DNA from: Bacilli bacterium
Lineage (GTDB): Bacteria > Bacillota_I > Bacilli_A > RFN20 > CAG-826
Direction: 5' to 3'
Length of the DNA: 52,244 bases
Assembly (NCBI GenBank): GCA_045114745.1
Contig: JBGULD010000028.1
Location: forward strand, 1-52,244
Shown: positions 8,827 through 19,200 of the stretch, piece by piece
How the letters are laid out: the number at the start of each line of letters is the position of its first letter
Numbering within the stretch: position 1 is the first letter of the stretch
The notes under the pieces: model-generated
Told to the model about the DNA's origin: nothing
Seen by the model: only the letters and a program-made list of their open reading frames with translations
The model's database searches: none
Position numbers and translations under genes: made by a program

Positions 8827-9789
8827 TTATTGAAGCATATCAATGAGATCTCTTAAACCGTGGGTATGTTCATGTTTCATTTCCACAGCTTCTTCGATTG
8901 GTAAATCAATGATTTGGCCACCTCTAATACCGACGATACGGCTGCCGAGTTTTTCGTTTAAGACGATATCGATACTTCTAGCACCCATTCTGGCCGCTAA
9001 GACTCTATCTTCAGCGGATGGTGAACCACCTCTTTGTAATCTACCAAGAACTTCAGTTCTAGTATCAAATCCGGTTTCCGCTTCAATCTTCTTGGCGAGT
9101 TCGGTAATATCTAACAAGTTTTCAGAAACAAGGATAATAGCGTGGCTCTTGTTTTGCGCTTTCATCTTTCTTAATTTACGGAATAAGACTTCTTCTTTAA
9201 GAGGATGTTCGACGCAGATGACGCCTTCGGCACCTTCTGCTAAAGCAGCATACATTGCTAAGTCACCACAGTGACGACCCATAACTTCGATTAAAGAACA
9301 ACGTTGGTGACTACCAGATGTGTCTTTGAGTTTGTCGACACATTCACAGATGGTATTTAAAGCAGTGGAGAAACCGATTGTGGTTTCTGTGCTACCGACA
9401 TCGTTATCAATTGTGCCAGGGATACCGACAACTTTGATTCCGTGTTTGGATAAATCGTTTAAGCCTCTAAATGTACCATCGCCACCGATACCGACTAAAG
9501 CATCGATTTCGAAGTCCGCTAAGATGGTCGCAGCTTTTTTAGAAACTTCTTGTTCTTTAAATTCTGGAAGGCGAGCACTTCTAATGATTGTGCCACCGCG
9601 GTTAATGATATCTTGTGTAAAATCTTTATTAACTTCTTTAATACGACCGGCCACAAGACCTTTTAAACCATCGTAAACGACAAACATGTCTTTACCATGA
9701 TAAATACCCGCTCTGATAACAGCTCTCAAACAAGCATTCATTCCTGGGGCATCTCCGCCACTAGTTAGGACAGCAATTTTTTTAATCAT
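8827..9789 (-). CDS. pfkA: ATP-dependent 6-phosphofructokinase
   Basis: MIKKIAVLTSGGDAPGMNA..., IGGDGTFRG, GIPGTIDND, and LGRLQRGG near the C-terminus. Confidence 0.95.
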   Translation of the reverse strand: MIKKIAVLTSGGDAPGMNACLRAVIRAGIYHGKDMFVVYDGLKGLVAGRIKEVNKDFTQDIINRGGTIIRSARLPEFKEQEVSKKAATILADFEIDALVGIGGDGTFRGLNDLSKHGIKVVGIPGTIDNDVGSTETTIGFSTALNTICECVDKLKDTSGSHQRCSLIEVMGRHCGDLAMYAALAEGAEGVICVEHPLKEEVLFRKLRKMKAQNKSHAIILVSENLLDITELAKKIEAETGFDTRTEVLGRLQRGGSPSAEDRVLAARMGARSIDIVLNEKLGSRIVGIRGGQIIDLPIEEAVEMKHEHTHGLRDLIDMLQ

Positions 9790-9923
9790 ATTTTTCCAAC
9801 CTCAATATGTTTTCTGAACCATTAGAAATTAGTAATTTTTATTAATTACTAGAAATTAATGATACACAATTACTTTACTACATTTTGTTTTATTGGTTTA
9901 GTTTTTTCTTAAATCTCTTTGAT

Positions 9924-10032
9924 TTATCCACAAAATGCATTGTGGAAAAACTACCTAATTAGGGGGTATTACACTACCTATTTATACAAAGTATAAATTG
10001 TAAATATAACTATGTGGATAATTTTATCCCCA
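9924..10032. promoter_or_regulatory. Cluster of four DnaA-box 9-mers
   Basis: TTATCCACA 9924-9932 (perfect). TGTGGAAAA 9941-9949 (1 mismatch, inverted). TGTGGATAA 10013-10021 (perfect, inverted). TTATCCCCA 10024-10032 (1 mismatch). Confidence 0.6.
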
Positions 10033-10054
10033 TTTTTTTGTTTGATTTTTCATA

Positions 10055-10084
10055 TTGAAAAGGTATTTGACCAAGTGCATAATT
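10055..10084 (+). promoter_or_regulatory. Candidate promoter of dnaB-dnaI
   Basis: TTGAAA (10055-10060), 18-nt spacer ending in TGC, then ATAATT (10079-10084), 22 nt before the ATG. Confidence 0.4.
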
Positions 10085-10106
10085 GAGGCACTAACTTGGA
10101 GGAAAC

Positions 10107-11390
10107 ATGGTTATTTTATCGGAAAATGATTACCTTGATGTCAAGCTAAATTCTCTCATTGCAGACTACGATGGAGAGACTTTAAGCAACCTTTATCAAC
10201 CGATTATCGGTTACGCTGCTTTAGCGGTCTATTTTACTTTAGTAGCTGAAGCTAAAAACCAAAAAATAACCAGTTTAACATCTCATAATCAATTACTTAA
10301 TCGATTGCAGATGGCTCCCGGAATCTTCATTGAAGCGAGAAAGAAACTCGAAGGTGTCGGCTTATTAAGAACATTCTTAGAAAGTAATAACAACATGAGA
10401 GTGTACCATTATCAAATTTACGCTCCAAAAACGCCATTGGGTTTCTTCGATGATACGTTACTATTTGGAATGTTAATCAAAACACTTGGTGAGACCGATG
10501 CGAATAGGTTTAAAACAATCTATCGCGTTCAACCAGAAGAAAATTCTGGAAAAGATATTTCTTCCTCGTTCATCGATGCCTATCAACCAAACTTTGATGA
10601 TCCCGCATTTATGAAGGCTCTCAATGGTTCAAAAGCTATCGGTAGAAGAAACGGAAAAATTAATAGTGAGTTTAACTATGATAATTTCTTCCAAAGCTTA
10701 AGTGAAATATCGCAAATATCGCAAGATGCCTTTACTAAAAAGGACATGAAAGAAATCGAAAGATTGGCCGCTTTAAATGGTGTTAATGAAACTGATGCCG
10801 CTTCTTTAGTGGCCAAGGTTTATGACCCCTATGCCGGCAAAGGAAAACATATTGATTTTGATAGTTTAACAAAGTTATTCCAAGAACAAACCGATTATTC
10901 CTATTTATTAAATAAGAAGATGAATAGAAATAGAAATGAGAATTCTGGAAGTACGGAATTAGCGGGAAAAATCAATATCATGGAGACCCGTTCTCCAAAA
11001 GAATTCCTCGCCCTTTTACAAAATGGTAGTAAACCAGCATCTAGCGACTTAAAGATTGTCGATAGTTTATCGAAAAACTTCCATTTACAAAATGGAGTGA
11101 TCAACGCGGTTATCGATTTCGTTCTTGCGACGAATAATAACATTCTCTCAAGACCGTTATGTGAAAAGATTGCGGCTTCCTTAGCGAGAGAAGGAATAGT
11201 GACCACAATCGATGCGATGAATTATTTGATTAAAGTCAGCCGTGGTCAAAGAAAGAAAACTATTTCTAAAGAAAAAGAAGAAAATAAACCAGTTGAATCT
11301 AAACCGAAAGCGGCAAAGAAAGAAATCAACTGGGATGACTTATTAGATGATATCGAAGAAGATGAAGGAGAAGAAAATGGAAAAGCTTAA
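10107..11390 (+). CDS. dnaB: Replication initiation / helicase-loading protein DnaB (Firmicute type, DnaD/DnaB_2 domains)
   Basis: N-terminal LSNLYQPIIGYAALAVYFTL... pattern typical of Firmicute DnaB, with a lysine/acid-rich tail. GGAGG SD. Immediately followed by, and overlapping, dnaI. Confidence 0.75.
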   Translation: MVILSENDYLDVKLNSLIADYDGETLSNLYQPIIGYAALAVYFTLVAEAKNQKITSLTSHNQLLNRLQMAPGIFIEARKKLEGVGLLRTFLESNNNMRVYHYQIYAPKTPLGFFDDTLLFGMLIKTLGETDANRFKTIYRVQPEENSGKDISSSFIDAYQPNFDDPAFMKALNGSKAIGRRNGKINSEFNYDNFFQSLSEISQISQDAFTKKDMKEIERLAALNGVNETDAASLVAKVYDPYAGKGKHIDFDSLTKLFQEQTDYSYLLNKKMNRNRNENSGSTELAGKINIMETRSPKEFLALLQNGSKPASSDLKIVDSLSKNFHLQNGVINAVIDFVLATNNNILSRPLCEKIAASLAREGIVTTIDAMNYLIKVSRGQRKKTISKEKEENKPVESKPKAAKKEINWDDLLDDIEEDEGEENGKA

Positions 11391-12270
11391 ACTCAACTTA
11401 AACATTGAAAGCGACGATGAACTTATCGAAGCGATGAAAGAAGCTTATCGCGCTTGCCCACAAGCCATTAAGTATTGTAATGATTTAAATATTCCACCAG
11501 AAAAAATCGATGAGAATATTGTGAAGATTTTCGACTTTGTGAGTGACATTAATTACTGCAAGAAATGTCCTGGAGTTAAAAAATGCGCTAAACAAAATCC
11601 TTTGCTTTGTATCAAAATCATCTATTCTCATGGTGAAGTCGATCGTCAATTAGTTCCTTGTAAGGAACTCTTAAAACAAATTGCCTTTAAAAATCAATTT
11701 GCCATTAGAGACTTCGAAGAAGATTGGTTAGATAGCAATTTAAGAACTATCGATAGAAATGCCGGAAGAGATTTAGCGTTATCGAGATATCATGACTATC
11801 TTAAAACTAAAGATAATTCTTGGATCTATTTAACCGGTAGCAAGCATAGTGGTCGTAGTTATTTAGCCGCTGCTTTAACTGCGGATGCCGCCAGAAGAGA
11901 ACGCGGACCAATCTGTTTCTTAAATAGCACACTTCGTTTACGCGAATTAAACGATTTGGGTTATGGTAAGAAAAAAGAAGAATTTGAAAAGAAACTCGAC
12001 TTATATAGCAACGTCCCAATCCTTGTCTTAGATGACTTTGGCAATGAATTCAAAACTGACTTTGTCAGAGATGCAATTTTATTCCCAATTCTCTCTACTA
12101 GAGCAAGCAAGAGACTATTAACAATCTTCACCAGTGATTTCTCCATTGATGACATTGAAACTTTATATAGCAACACAAAAGCTGGCGCGATTCGCGCTAA
12201 ACAAATTGCTAATTTGATTAAATCAATGAGCCATGAAGAAATTAATCTAGGCGAGATTTCAATTTATTAA
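11377..12270 (+). CDS. dnaI: Primosomal helicase loader DnaI (AAA+) with an atypical Walker A
   Basis: N-terminal Cys cluster CKKCPGVKKC...C...C. Walker A-position GSKHSGRS (11836-11859), Walker B LVLDDFGNE, sensor FTSDF. Start placed at ATG 11377 (GGAG 7 nt upstream), overlapping dnaB by 14 nt. Confidence 0.8.
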   Translation: MEKLKLNLNIESDDELIEAMKEAYRACPQAIKYCNDLNIPPEKIDENIVKIFDFVSDINYCKKCPGVKKCAKQNPLLCIKIIYSHGEVDRQLVPCKELLKQIAFKNQFAIRDFEEDWLDSNLRTIDRNAGRDLALSRYHDYLKTKDNSWIYLTGSKHSGRSYLAAALTADAARRERGPICFLNSTLRLRELNDLGYGKKKEEFEKKLDLYSNVPILVLDDFGNEFKTDFVRDAILFPILSTRASKRLLTIFTSDFSIDDIETLYSNTKAGAIRAKQIANLIKSMSHEEINLGEISIY

Positions 12271-13642
12271 TAACTTTATTAACTTTATTATTAAGTGAAT
12301 TAAGGTCGGAATCATTATTAATAATGATATCGGCCTTTTCTTTATTGATATCGTAATTAGAGGCTTTATTAATTTGTTTTAGTTGAGCACTCTTATTGCC
12401 TTCACGTTTATCTAATAATTCCATTTGTTTCTTTGCGGATGCTTCCACACCGATAATGACATCAAATAGATTATCCATTTTGCTTTCATATAGTAGTGGG
12501 ACTTCAACCACAACTAAACCTTGGTTGTTTTCTTTTAAGAATAACTCAACTTCTTTTCTCACTAATGGCCAGACAATCTTATTGAGTTTGCGGATGTTTT
12601 TCGGTTCATCCGCTAGAACAGTTCTTAATTTGTTCTTATCAATAGAGGAACCTTCAAAACCAAAAGTGGAATTAATCTTATTAATGACTTCTTTTCTTCC
12701 GTATAGTTCTTTAACGACTTGATCGGAAGATAATGTCGGAATATTTGCTTTAGCAAAAATATTTAATACTTCTGATTTACCAGAAGCAATCTTACCGAAG
12801 ATTGCCACTTTGATTTGCTTGTTATGGAGTTCTTGACAGTTAGGACAGAATGTTGTTCCTCTTCCGCCAACTTTAATAAATCTAAATGGATGTCCACATT
12901 TTGGGCACGGTGTATTAGCCTTTCCATAGGCAAGTAATTTACTTTGAAAATTACCATCGATATCTTTGCCTGGATGATAACTCTTAATCGTGGAACCACC
13001 AGAAACAATTGCTTCTTTAAGAATTCTTGAAGCTTCTTTAATGATAACGTTCCATTCTTTTTCACTAATATTCTTTGCCGGTGTTAGTGGATGAATGTTT
13101 GATGCGAATAATGTTTCATCAACATAAATGTTGCCTAAACCAGTCATGAGTTCTTGACTTAAGAGAGCGCTTTTAATTGGTAAAGACATTCTTTTAACTT
13201 GTTTCATGATGGTTTTAGCATCAGCATCCCATGGTTCTGGTCCTAATTTAGCGATTTCTTTATCTTTTCTATAAGAAGATTCATCGCTAAGTCTTAAATA
13301 ACCAAAACAACGAGAATCGTCATAACAAACTTTATGACCATTATCTAAATGTAAAACTACACGTGCGTATTTGGTGTTTTCTTCGTTTTCTAATAATTCG
13401 TAATATTTACCTTCCATTCTTAAATGGGAGATGATGACTCTATCATTTGTTAAATGGAAAATAAGGAATTTACCAATTCTGGTGACATCTAAAAATGTCT
13501 CCCCAGTTAGAGAAGATATAAATAAATCTCTATCTCCGGGAACACTGGAGTTTCTTAAGATATCAATACCAGTAATCTTATGATTAATAACAACTGGTTT
13601 TAATATCGTTTTAACGGTTTCAACTTCTGGTAATTCAGGCAT
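12242..13642 (-). CDS. mutM: Fusion protein: formamidopyrimidine-DNA glycosylase (Fpg/MutM) + dephospho-CoA kinase (CoaE)
   Basis: MPELPEVETV N-terminus, H2TH region and zinc finger CPKCG...CPNCQ. After the 5-aa linker ELHNK come QIKVAIFGKIASGKSEV (CoaE P-loop) and ~190 aa of kinase. It is one uninterrupted 466-aa ORF. Confidence 0.85.
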   Translation of the reverse strand: MPELPEVETVKTILKPVVINHKITGIDILRNSSVPGDRDLFISSLTGETFLDVTRIGKFLIFHLTNDRVIISHLRMEGKYYELLENEENTKYARVVLHLDNGHKVCYDDSRCFGYLRLSDESSYRKDKEIAKLGPEPWDADAKTIMKQVKRMSLPIKSALLSQELMTGLGNIYVDETLFASNIHPLTPAKNISEKEWNVIIKEASRILKEAIVSGGSTIKSYHPGKDIDGNFQSKLLAYGKANTPCPKCGHPFRFIKVGGRGTTFCPNCQELHNKQIKVAIFGKIASGKSEVLNIFAKANIPTLSSDQVVKELYGRKEVINKINSTFGFEGSSIDKNKLRTVLADEPKNIRKLNKIVWPLVRKEVELFLKENNQGLVVVEVPLLYESKMDNLFDVIIGVEASAKKQMELLDKREGNKSAQLKQINKASNYDINKEKADIIINNDSDLNSLNNKVNKVINKLKSRLD

Positions 13643-13650
13643 ATATTCTC

Positions 13651-16248
13651 CTATTTAGCGTCATACCAATCTTTGCCAAATCCTCCATCGACTTCTAGTG
13701 GGACTTCTAACTTCATCGCATTTTCCATCGTGGATTTGACTAGTTTATACACTTTATCTTTTTCATCTTTATAGACTTTGATAATTAATTCGTCGTGGAT
13801 TTGTAAAACCATCTTTGATTTAAATCCACCTTCTCTTAAGGCTTTCGCAACATTGATCATCGCTAATTTAATTAAGTCAGCAGCAGTGCCTTGAATTGGA
13901 GCGTTCATCGCTGCACGTTTAGCGAATTCTCTAACGTTATAATTGCTGTCGTGGATTTCTCTTAGATATCTTCTTCTACCTAACAAAGTGGAGACATATC
14001 CATTCTTTGTGGCGTCCGCAATAATGCCTTGGAAGAATGTCGATATTTCTGGGAATGTTTGATAGAAACTAGTGATGATGCTCTTGGCTTCTTTTGGAGA
14101 GATTTCGAGTTGCTCGGCTAGGCCCCAGTCAGAGATTCCATAGACAATACCGAAATTAACGGTTTTGGCCTTTCTTCTTTCTAGCGCTGTAGGTTCACCT
14201 GATAGGTTAAACACTTTCTTCGCGGTTGCGGCGTGGATATCTTCACCGGAAAGGAAGATTTCTTGTAACGTTTTACAGCCCGATAAACTAGATAAAACAC
14301 GTAATTCAATCTGTGAATAATCTAATGAAAGAATTTCCACATCATCTTCTGGGTAGAAGAATGCTTTTCTAATCATCTTTCCTTCTTCATCTCTAACGGA
14401 AATGTTTTGTAAATTTGGTTCACTAGAAGATAGACGACCAGTTGTAGTTAATGCCTGGTTAAATTTAGCGTGGATTTTGCCATCGCTATGAATGTGGGCT
14501 TTCAAACCTTCGACATAAGTAGTGGTGAGTTTGAAATATTTCCTATATTCAAGAATCTTATTAACGATCGGATGTTCATCAGCGATATCTTTTAAGTTAT
14601 CAACAGAAGTGGATTGCTTGCGGTTACCCTTTAATCCCATTTTGTTAAATAAGATGTCACCGATTTGTTTTGGGGAAGCAAGATTAAATGTCTCTCCTGC
14701 CATTTCATATATTTCACTAGCAAGAGCGTCTTGTTTTTCTTTATAGACATTACCTAAATCATCTAATACTTTGACGTTGAGTGGGAAACCTTCAATTTCC
14801 ATATCAGCGAGTGTATCGATGAGTGGTACTTCTAATGTTTCGTATAAGTTGATGGCCTCAATTTTCTTAAGTTCAGAAAAGACCTTATCTTTGAGCATCC
14901 TGCTAAAATATGCCATTTTTGCAGACTTTTGTGGCTTTTCTGCGCTGAATAATGAGATTTCTTCTTCCTCATTTCCGAGATCAACGCCATAGATATTCAT
15001 GACGATTTCTGGATTGTTCTTTAAGGAAGAGTCGACCAAATATGAGGCGATCAATAAGTCAAAATAGACGCCTTTGATTTCGATGTTTCTTTTGGCTAAA
15101 GCGACCTTGATAGCCTTATAGTCATAACAATATTTTTTGATATTCGGATCTTTTAAGATAGCTTTCGCCGCATCATCTTTTTCTAGGTCATCAATGGACA
15201 TATATAGATGATTATTTCCAAAGCTAAAAGCGATGCCATATAAGGAACTAAGTGTGTAATTGTCATCTTCATAATCTAAGGCGACACCTAGTTCGGTTCC
15301 GACATTGATATCTTTTAAGGAAGAGACGTTAACTACTTTAAGTTCGATGTTGGATAAGTCTTTCTTTTTCCATTTAGGTTGTACTTTATTAATGAACTGT
15401 TTAAGTCCGTATTTTTGGCAGAATTCATTGATGGTTTGGAAATCATATCCCTCATATTCTGTATCTTTAATATCAAATGGTAATTCAATATCGGTTTGAA
15501 TGACCGCTAAGTCACGAGAAATACGACCGATTTCTTGGTTTTCTTTAATGGTTTCACCGAGTTTACCTTTAATCTCATCTGCGTGAGCAACAATATTATC
15601 GAAACTACCGTATTCTTCGATCAATTTAACCGCAGTTTTTTCTCCGATTCCTGGAATACCTGGTAGGTTATCACTGGAGTCGCCTCTTAATCCTTTATAA
15701 TCGATGATTTGAAGAGGCTCAAAACCATATGTTTCTTTGACTAATTCTGGTGTCATAGCGACAACATCAGAAAGACCTTTTTTGATGATGTTAACACTGA
15801 CCTTATCAGTGACTAATTGTAAGAAGTCTCTATCGGATGTATATAGATTAACGGAGTATCCTTCTTTTTCCGCAAGTCTAGCCACTGTACCAGCTATATC
15901 ATCACCTTCAAAACCGACTTCTTCGAATTGGAAAACATTTAACGCTTTTAAGAATTCTCTAACGATTGGAAATTGTTTAACTAAATCCTCGGGAGCGGGT
16001 TTTCGATTAGCTTTATAAGTTTCCAATTGATCGTGTCTAAAGTTATGTTTACCAGCATCAAAGGCGACGAATATACATTCTCCTTCTTTTAAATCAGAAA
16101 GGATTTTGTTCATCATATTGGAAAAAGCAAAAATCGCGTTTGTGGGTGTGCCATCTTGGCTACGCATGATTTCCACACCTGGATATGCGGTCGCGTAATA
16201 CGCTCTAAATAGTAACGAGTTACCATCAATAATGACGATTCTTGGCAT
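13651..16248 (-). CDS. polA: DNA polymerase I
   Basis: 5'-nuclease N-terminus (IIDGNSLLFRAYYA, GIPGIGEKTA) and family A polymerase motifs (DYSQIELRVL, RRKAKTVNFGIVYG, QIHDELI). 865 aa. Confidence 0.95.
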   Translation of the reverse strand: MPRIVIIDGNSLLFRAYYATAYPGVEIMRSQDGTPTNAIFAFSNMMNKILSDLKEGECIFVAFDAGKHNFRHDQLETYKANRKPAPEDLVKQFPIVREFLKALNVFQFEEVGFEGDDIAGTVARLAEKEGYSVNLYTSDRDFLQLVTDKVSVNIIKKGLSDVVAMTPELVKETYGFEPLQIIDYKGLRGDSSDNLPGIPGIGEKTAVKLIEEYGSFDNIVAHADEIKGKLGETIKENQEIGRISRDLAVIQTDIELPFDIKDTEYEGYDFQTINEFCQKYGLKQFINKVQPKWKKKDLSNIELKVVNVSSLKDINVGTELGVALDYEDDNYTLSSLYGIAFSFGNNHLYMSIDDLEKDDAAKAILKDPNIKKYCYDYKAIKVALAKRNIEIKGVYFDLLIASYLVDSSLKNNPEIVMNIYGVDLGNEEEEISLFSAEKPQKSAKMAYFSRMLKDKVFSELKKIEAINLYETLEVPLIDTLADMEIEGFPLNVKVLDDLGNVYKEKQDALASEIYEMAGETFNLASPKQIGDILFNKMGLKGNRKQSTSVDNLKDIADEHPIVNKILEYRKYFKLTTTYVEGLKAHIHSDGKIHAKFNQALTTTGRLSSSEPNLQNISVRDEEGKMIRKAFFYPEDDVEILSLDYSQIELRVLSSLSGCKTLQEIFLSGEDIHAATAKKVFNLSGEPTALERRKAKTVNFGIVYGISDWGLAEQLEISPKEAKSIITSFYQTFPEISTFFQGIIADATKNGYVSTLLGRRRYLREIHDSNYNVREFAKRAAMNAPIQGTAADLIKLAMINVAKALREGGFKSKMVLQIHDELIIKVYKDEKDKVYKLVKSTMENAMKLEVPLEVDGGFGKDWYDAK

Positions 16249-16250
16249 AT

Positions 16251-19200
16251 TTATTCTTCCTCCAATCTTTGAATTTCATCTGCAATATATGTATCTTCAC
16301 CTTGACTGACTTGGTGAGTGATATTTACAAGAATAATATTATTCTTTTCTATTAGTGACATAATCGGACCATATTGTTTTGGGAAGATAGTGATTTCCAT
16401 ATCACCTGTTTCATCAAATATCTTCACGAACGCCATCGGAGTACCTTTTTTGGTATTAATGACTTTCTTGGATTTAATGATTCCAGCGACAACGGCTTTA
16501 TCCATTTCTTTAGCTTCCACAATAGAGGTGACATTTTTCTTTTCTAATAAGTCATGTTTATAGCGAAGTGGATTATCAGAAAGCATAATGCCAATAGCTT
16601 CATATTCTTTATCGAGATTTTCTAATGGATTATCTTCACCCTTATTCATACGTGGTGGAGCAATCAAATCAATGCCGATAGATAACTGACCATCATCACT
16701 ATGATTGAGTTCGGCATATTGTAATGCACTTTTCACCGTTAATCTCATACTCTCTCTTGATGGATAGAATTCATCAAAAGCACCAGAGGAGATTAATGAT
16801 TGCATTTGATTCTCAGTAATCTTGTGATTAAACATTCTTAAAACAAAATTAAAGAAGTCTTTGAATAATCCGTTTTCCGCTCTTTCTTGAGCAATCTTAT
16901 TCATTAATGTGATATTCACATCTTTAATAGATGTAAGTGGGAATAATAAAGCATTATCTTTGATAATGAATGTATCAGAAGAATAATTAATTGATGGTGG
17001 AAGCATCTTAATACCTAAAGATGACATCTCAGCGACATATTCATTGAATTTGCTATCACTTGTCGCCGCTGAAGAACCTAATAAAGCGGAATAGAATTCT
17101 AATGGGTAGTGGACTTTTAACCACGCCATACGGCAAGCGATAATGGAATAAACCACAGAGTGAGACTTATTAAAACCATATTCGGCGAATCTTAAAATAT
17201 TGCTAAATACTTTTTTCGCGACATCTTCGCTATATCCGTTTTTCTTCGCTCCATCAATAAACTGTTTCTGTGAACTTAAGATTTTATCTTTTTCTTTTTT
17301 ACTGATCGCTCTTCTAAAGACATCAGCTTCTCCTAAGGAGAATCCCGCCATCTTGGTGGCGATACTGTTGATTTGCTCTTGATAGACAATAATGCCATAT
17401 GTTGGGGCTAAGATTTCTTTTAAATCATCGCTCACATAATTAATCTTTTCTTTTCCTTCTTTGCGTCTAGCATAGTTAGGAATATATTCCATTGGGCCAG
17501 GTCTATTTAAGGCTAATAAAGCAACGACATCATCAAAGTTAGACGGTTTTAAGATTTTAATGGCTTTCTTCATCGCATTAGTTTCGATTTGGAATAAGCC
17601 CATTGTTTTATTTTTGCTAATTAAATCAAAGATTTCCGGTTCGTTATAAGGAATCTTATCCGGATCCAAATTAACACCTTTATGGTTGTGATTTATTAAA
17701 GCAACACAATTATAAATAATTGTTAAGTTACTTAAAGATAAGAAGTCCATCTTTAATAAACCCTGTTCCTCTAAATATCCCATTTCATATTGGGAGACGT
17801 AATTATCCCCTAAAAGAATAGTGACAGGGATGGATTCTTCAAGTGGTTTTTCATCCAAAACTATACCAGCAGCATGTAGGCCACTTTGTCTTGGCAAACC
17901 TTCAATCTTACTCGCTAAAGAAACGATTTCTAAGAAGTAGGGGTCACTGTCCACCAAGGAACGGAATTCAGGAAGTTTTTTATATGATTCTCTTAATCCG
18001 AAATCTTTATTGGTTAATCTCTTGGATAATAAATCGATATGATGACTTGGGAAATTATAAATTCTTCCGACGTCTCTAAGTGATTGTTTTGCGCCGATAG
18101 TTTGGAAAGTAACTATGTTAGCGACTCTATTTGGTCCATATTTTTCTTTCATATATTGAACCATCGCATCGCGTTTGACATCCATAAAGTCGACGTCGAT
18201 ATCCGGCATTGTTTTACGATATGGATTTAAGAATCTTTCAAATTGTAAATCGTAATCTAGTGGATCAACTTCGGAGATGTTTAAAAGATAACTAACTAAA
18301 CTGCCGGCGGCACTTCCTCTTCCAGGACCCACTAAAACGTCATGGGTTTTAGCAAAATTGACATAATCCTGAACGATCAAGAAATAATCAGCGTATCCCA
18401 TGGAGAAGATAACTTCTAGTTCATGATTTAATCTATTGATGTGTTTGTCATCATTTAAACCTAATTTTATTAGGTTCTCATGACATAATCTCTTTAATTC
18501 TTCTTTTGAATCTTTCACTGGATAGTGGAGTAATTCTCCTCTTTTTTGCATCAATTCAAAGGAAGATGATTTCACTAATTTAACAGTATTTTCCATTTCT
18601 TTTTTGGAATAGATTTTGGCATAATCTTCTTCCTTCATGAAATAGTCTTGACCACTAGCTTTTTTGATATCTAGTTTTTCATCATTAGATATCGCCTCAA
18701 CCATATTGATGACAATTGCGTCATCTTTTTTCTCATATCTAATTCTTGGGAAAGCGATACATTCATAAGTGAATTCATTAGCGAATTTTCTCACCCTATT
18801 TGCGTATTTCACTTCTTCTTTAGAAGTTACTTCAATTCCAAGATAGAAATTATCAGAGAAAATAGAGGCATATCTTAAAAGATATTTATTGAATGAAGAA
18901 TCGTAATCTTCGACAAATTTTTCTTTAAAAGATCCTCTAGCTGTTTCTAAGATTGCCACTAAACCAGAAGAATTCTTTTTGATCAAATCTAAAGATAGTT
19001 CTTCTTTTTGCATGGAATTATTAATCGTCATCAAATTGCGATACCCATCTTCGTTAATGACATATAAGCAAAGATAATCACCTTCCACATAGAAAGATTC
19101 ACCGATAATAAATGGCTTATTTAATGAACTAGCCATCTTTGCAAATTCAGGAATCCCATACATCACCTCATTATCGGATATGCCCACGCCAAAATAATCG

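Noticed and set aside
9790-10106. Possibility that the DnaA-box region is the chromosomal origin (oriC).
   Set aside because: No dnaA, dnaN or rpmH gene is adjacent. Only four boxes are present, and there is no obvious AT-rich 13-mer-type unwinding repeat set. Gene orientation does not switch cleanly here. A DnaA-regulated promoter or box cluster is the more economical reading, although GC skew on the full replicon is needed to confirm this.
14600-15400. Possible active 3'-5' proofreading domain in PolA (a D-Y-E motif in ALDYEDD).
   Set aside because: The Exo II and Exo III positions (CYDYKA, SYLVDSS) do not match the N-x3-D and Y-x3-D patterns. The domain is probably vestigial, as in Bacillus-type PolI. 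This cannot be settled without an alignment.
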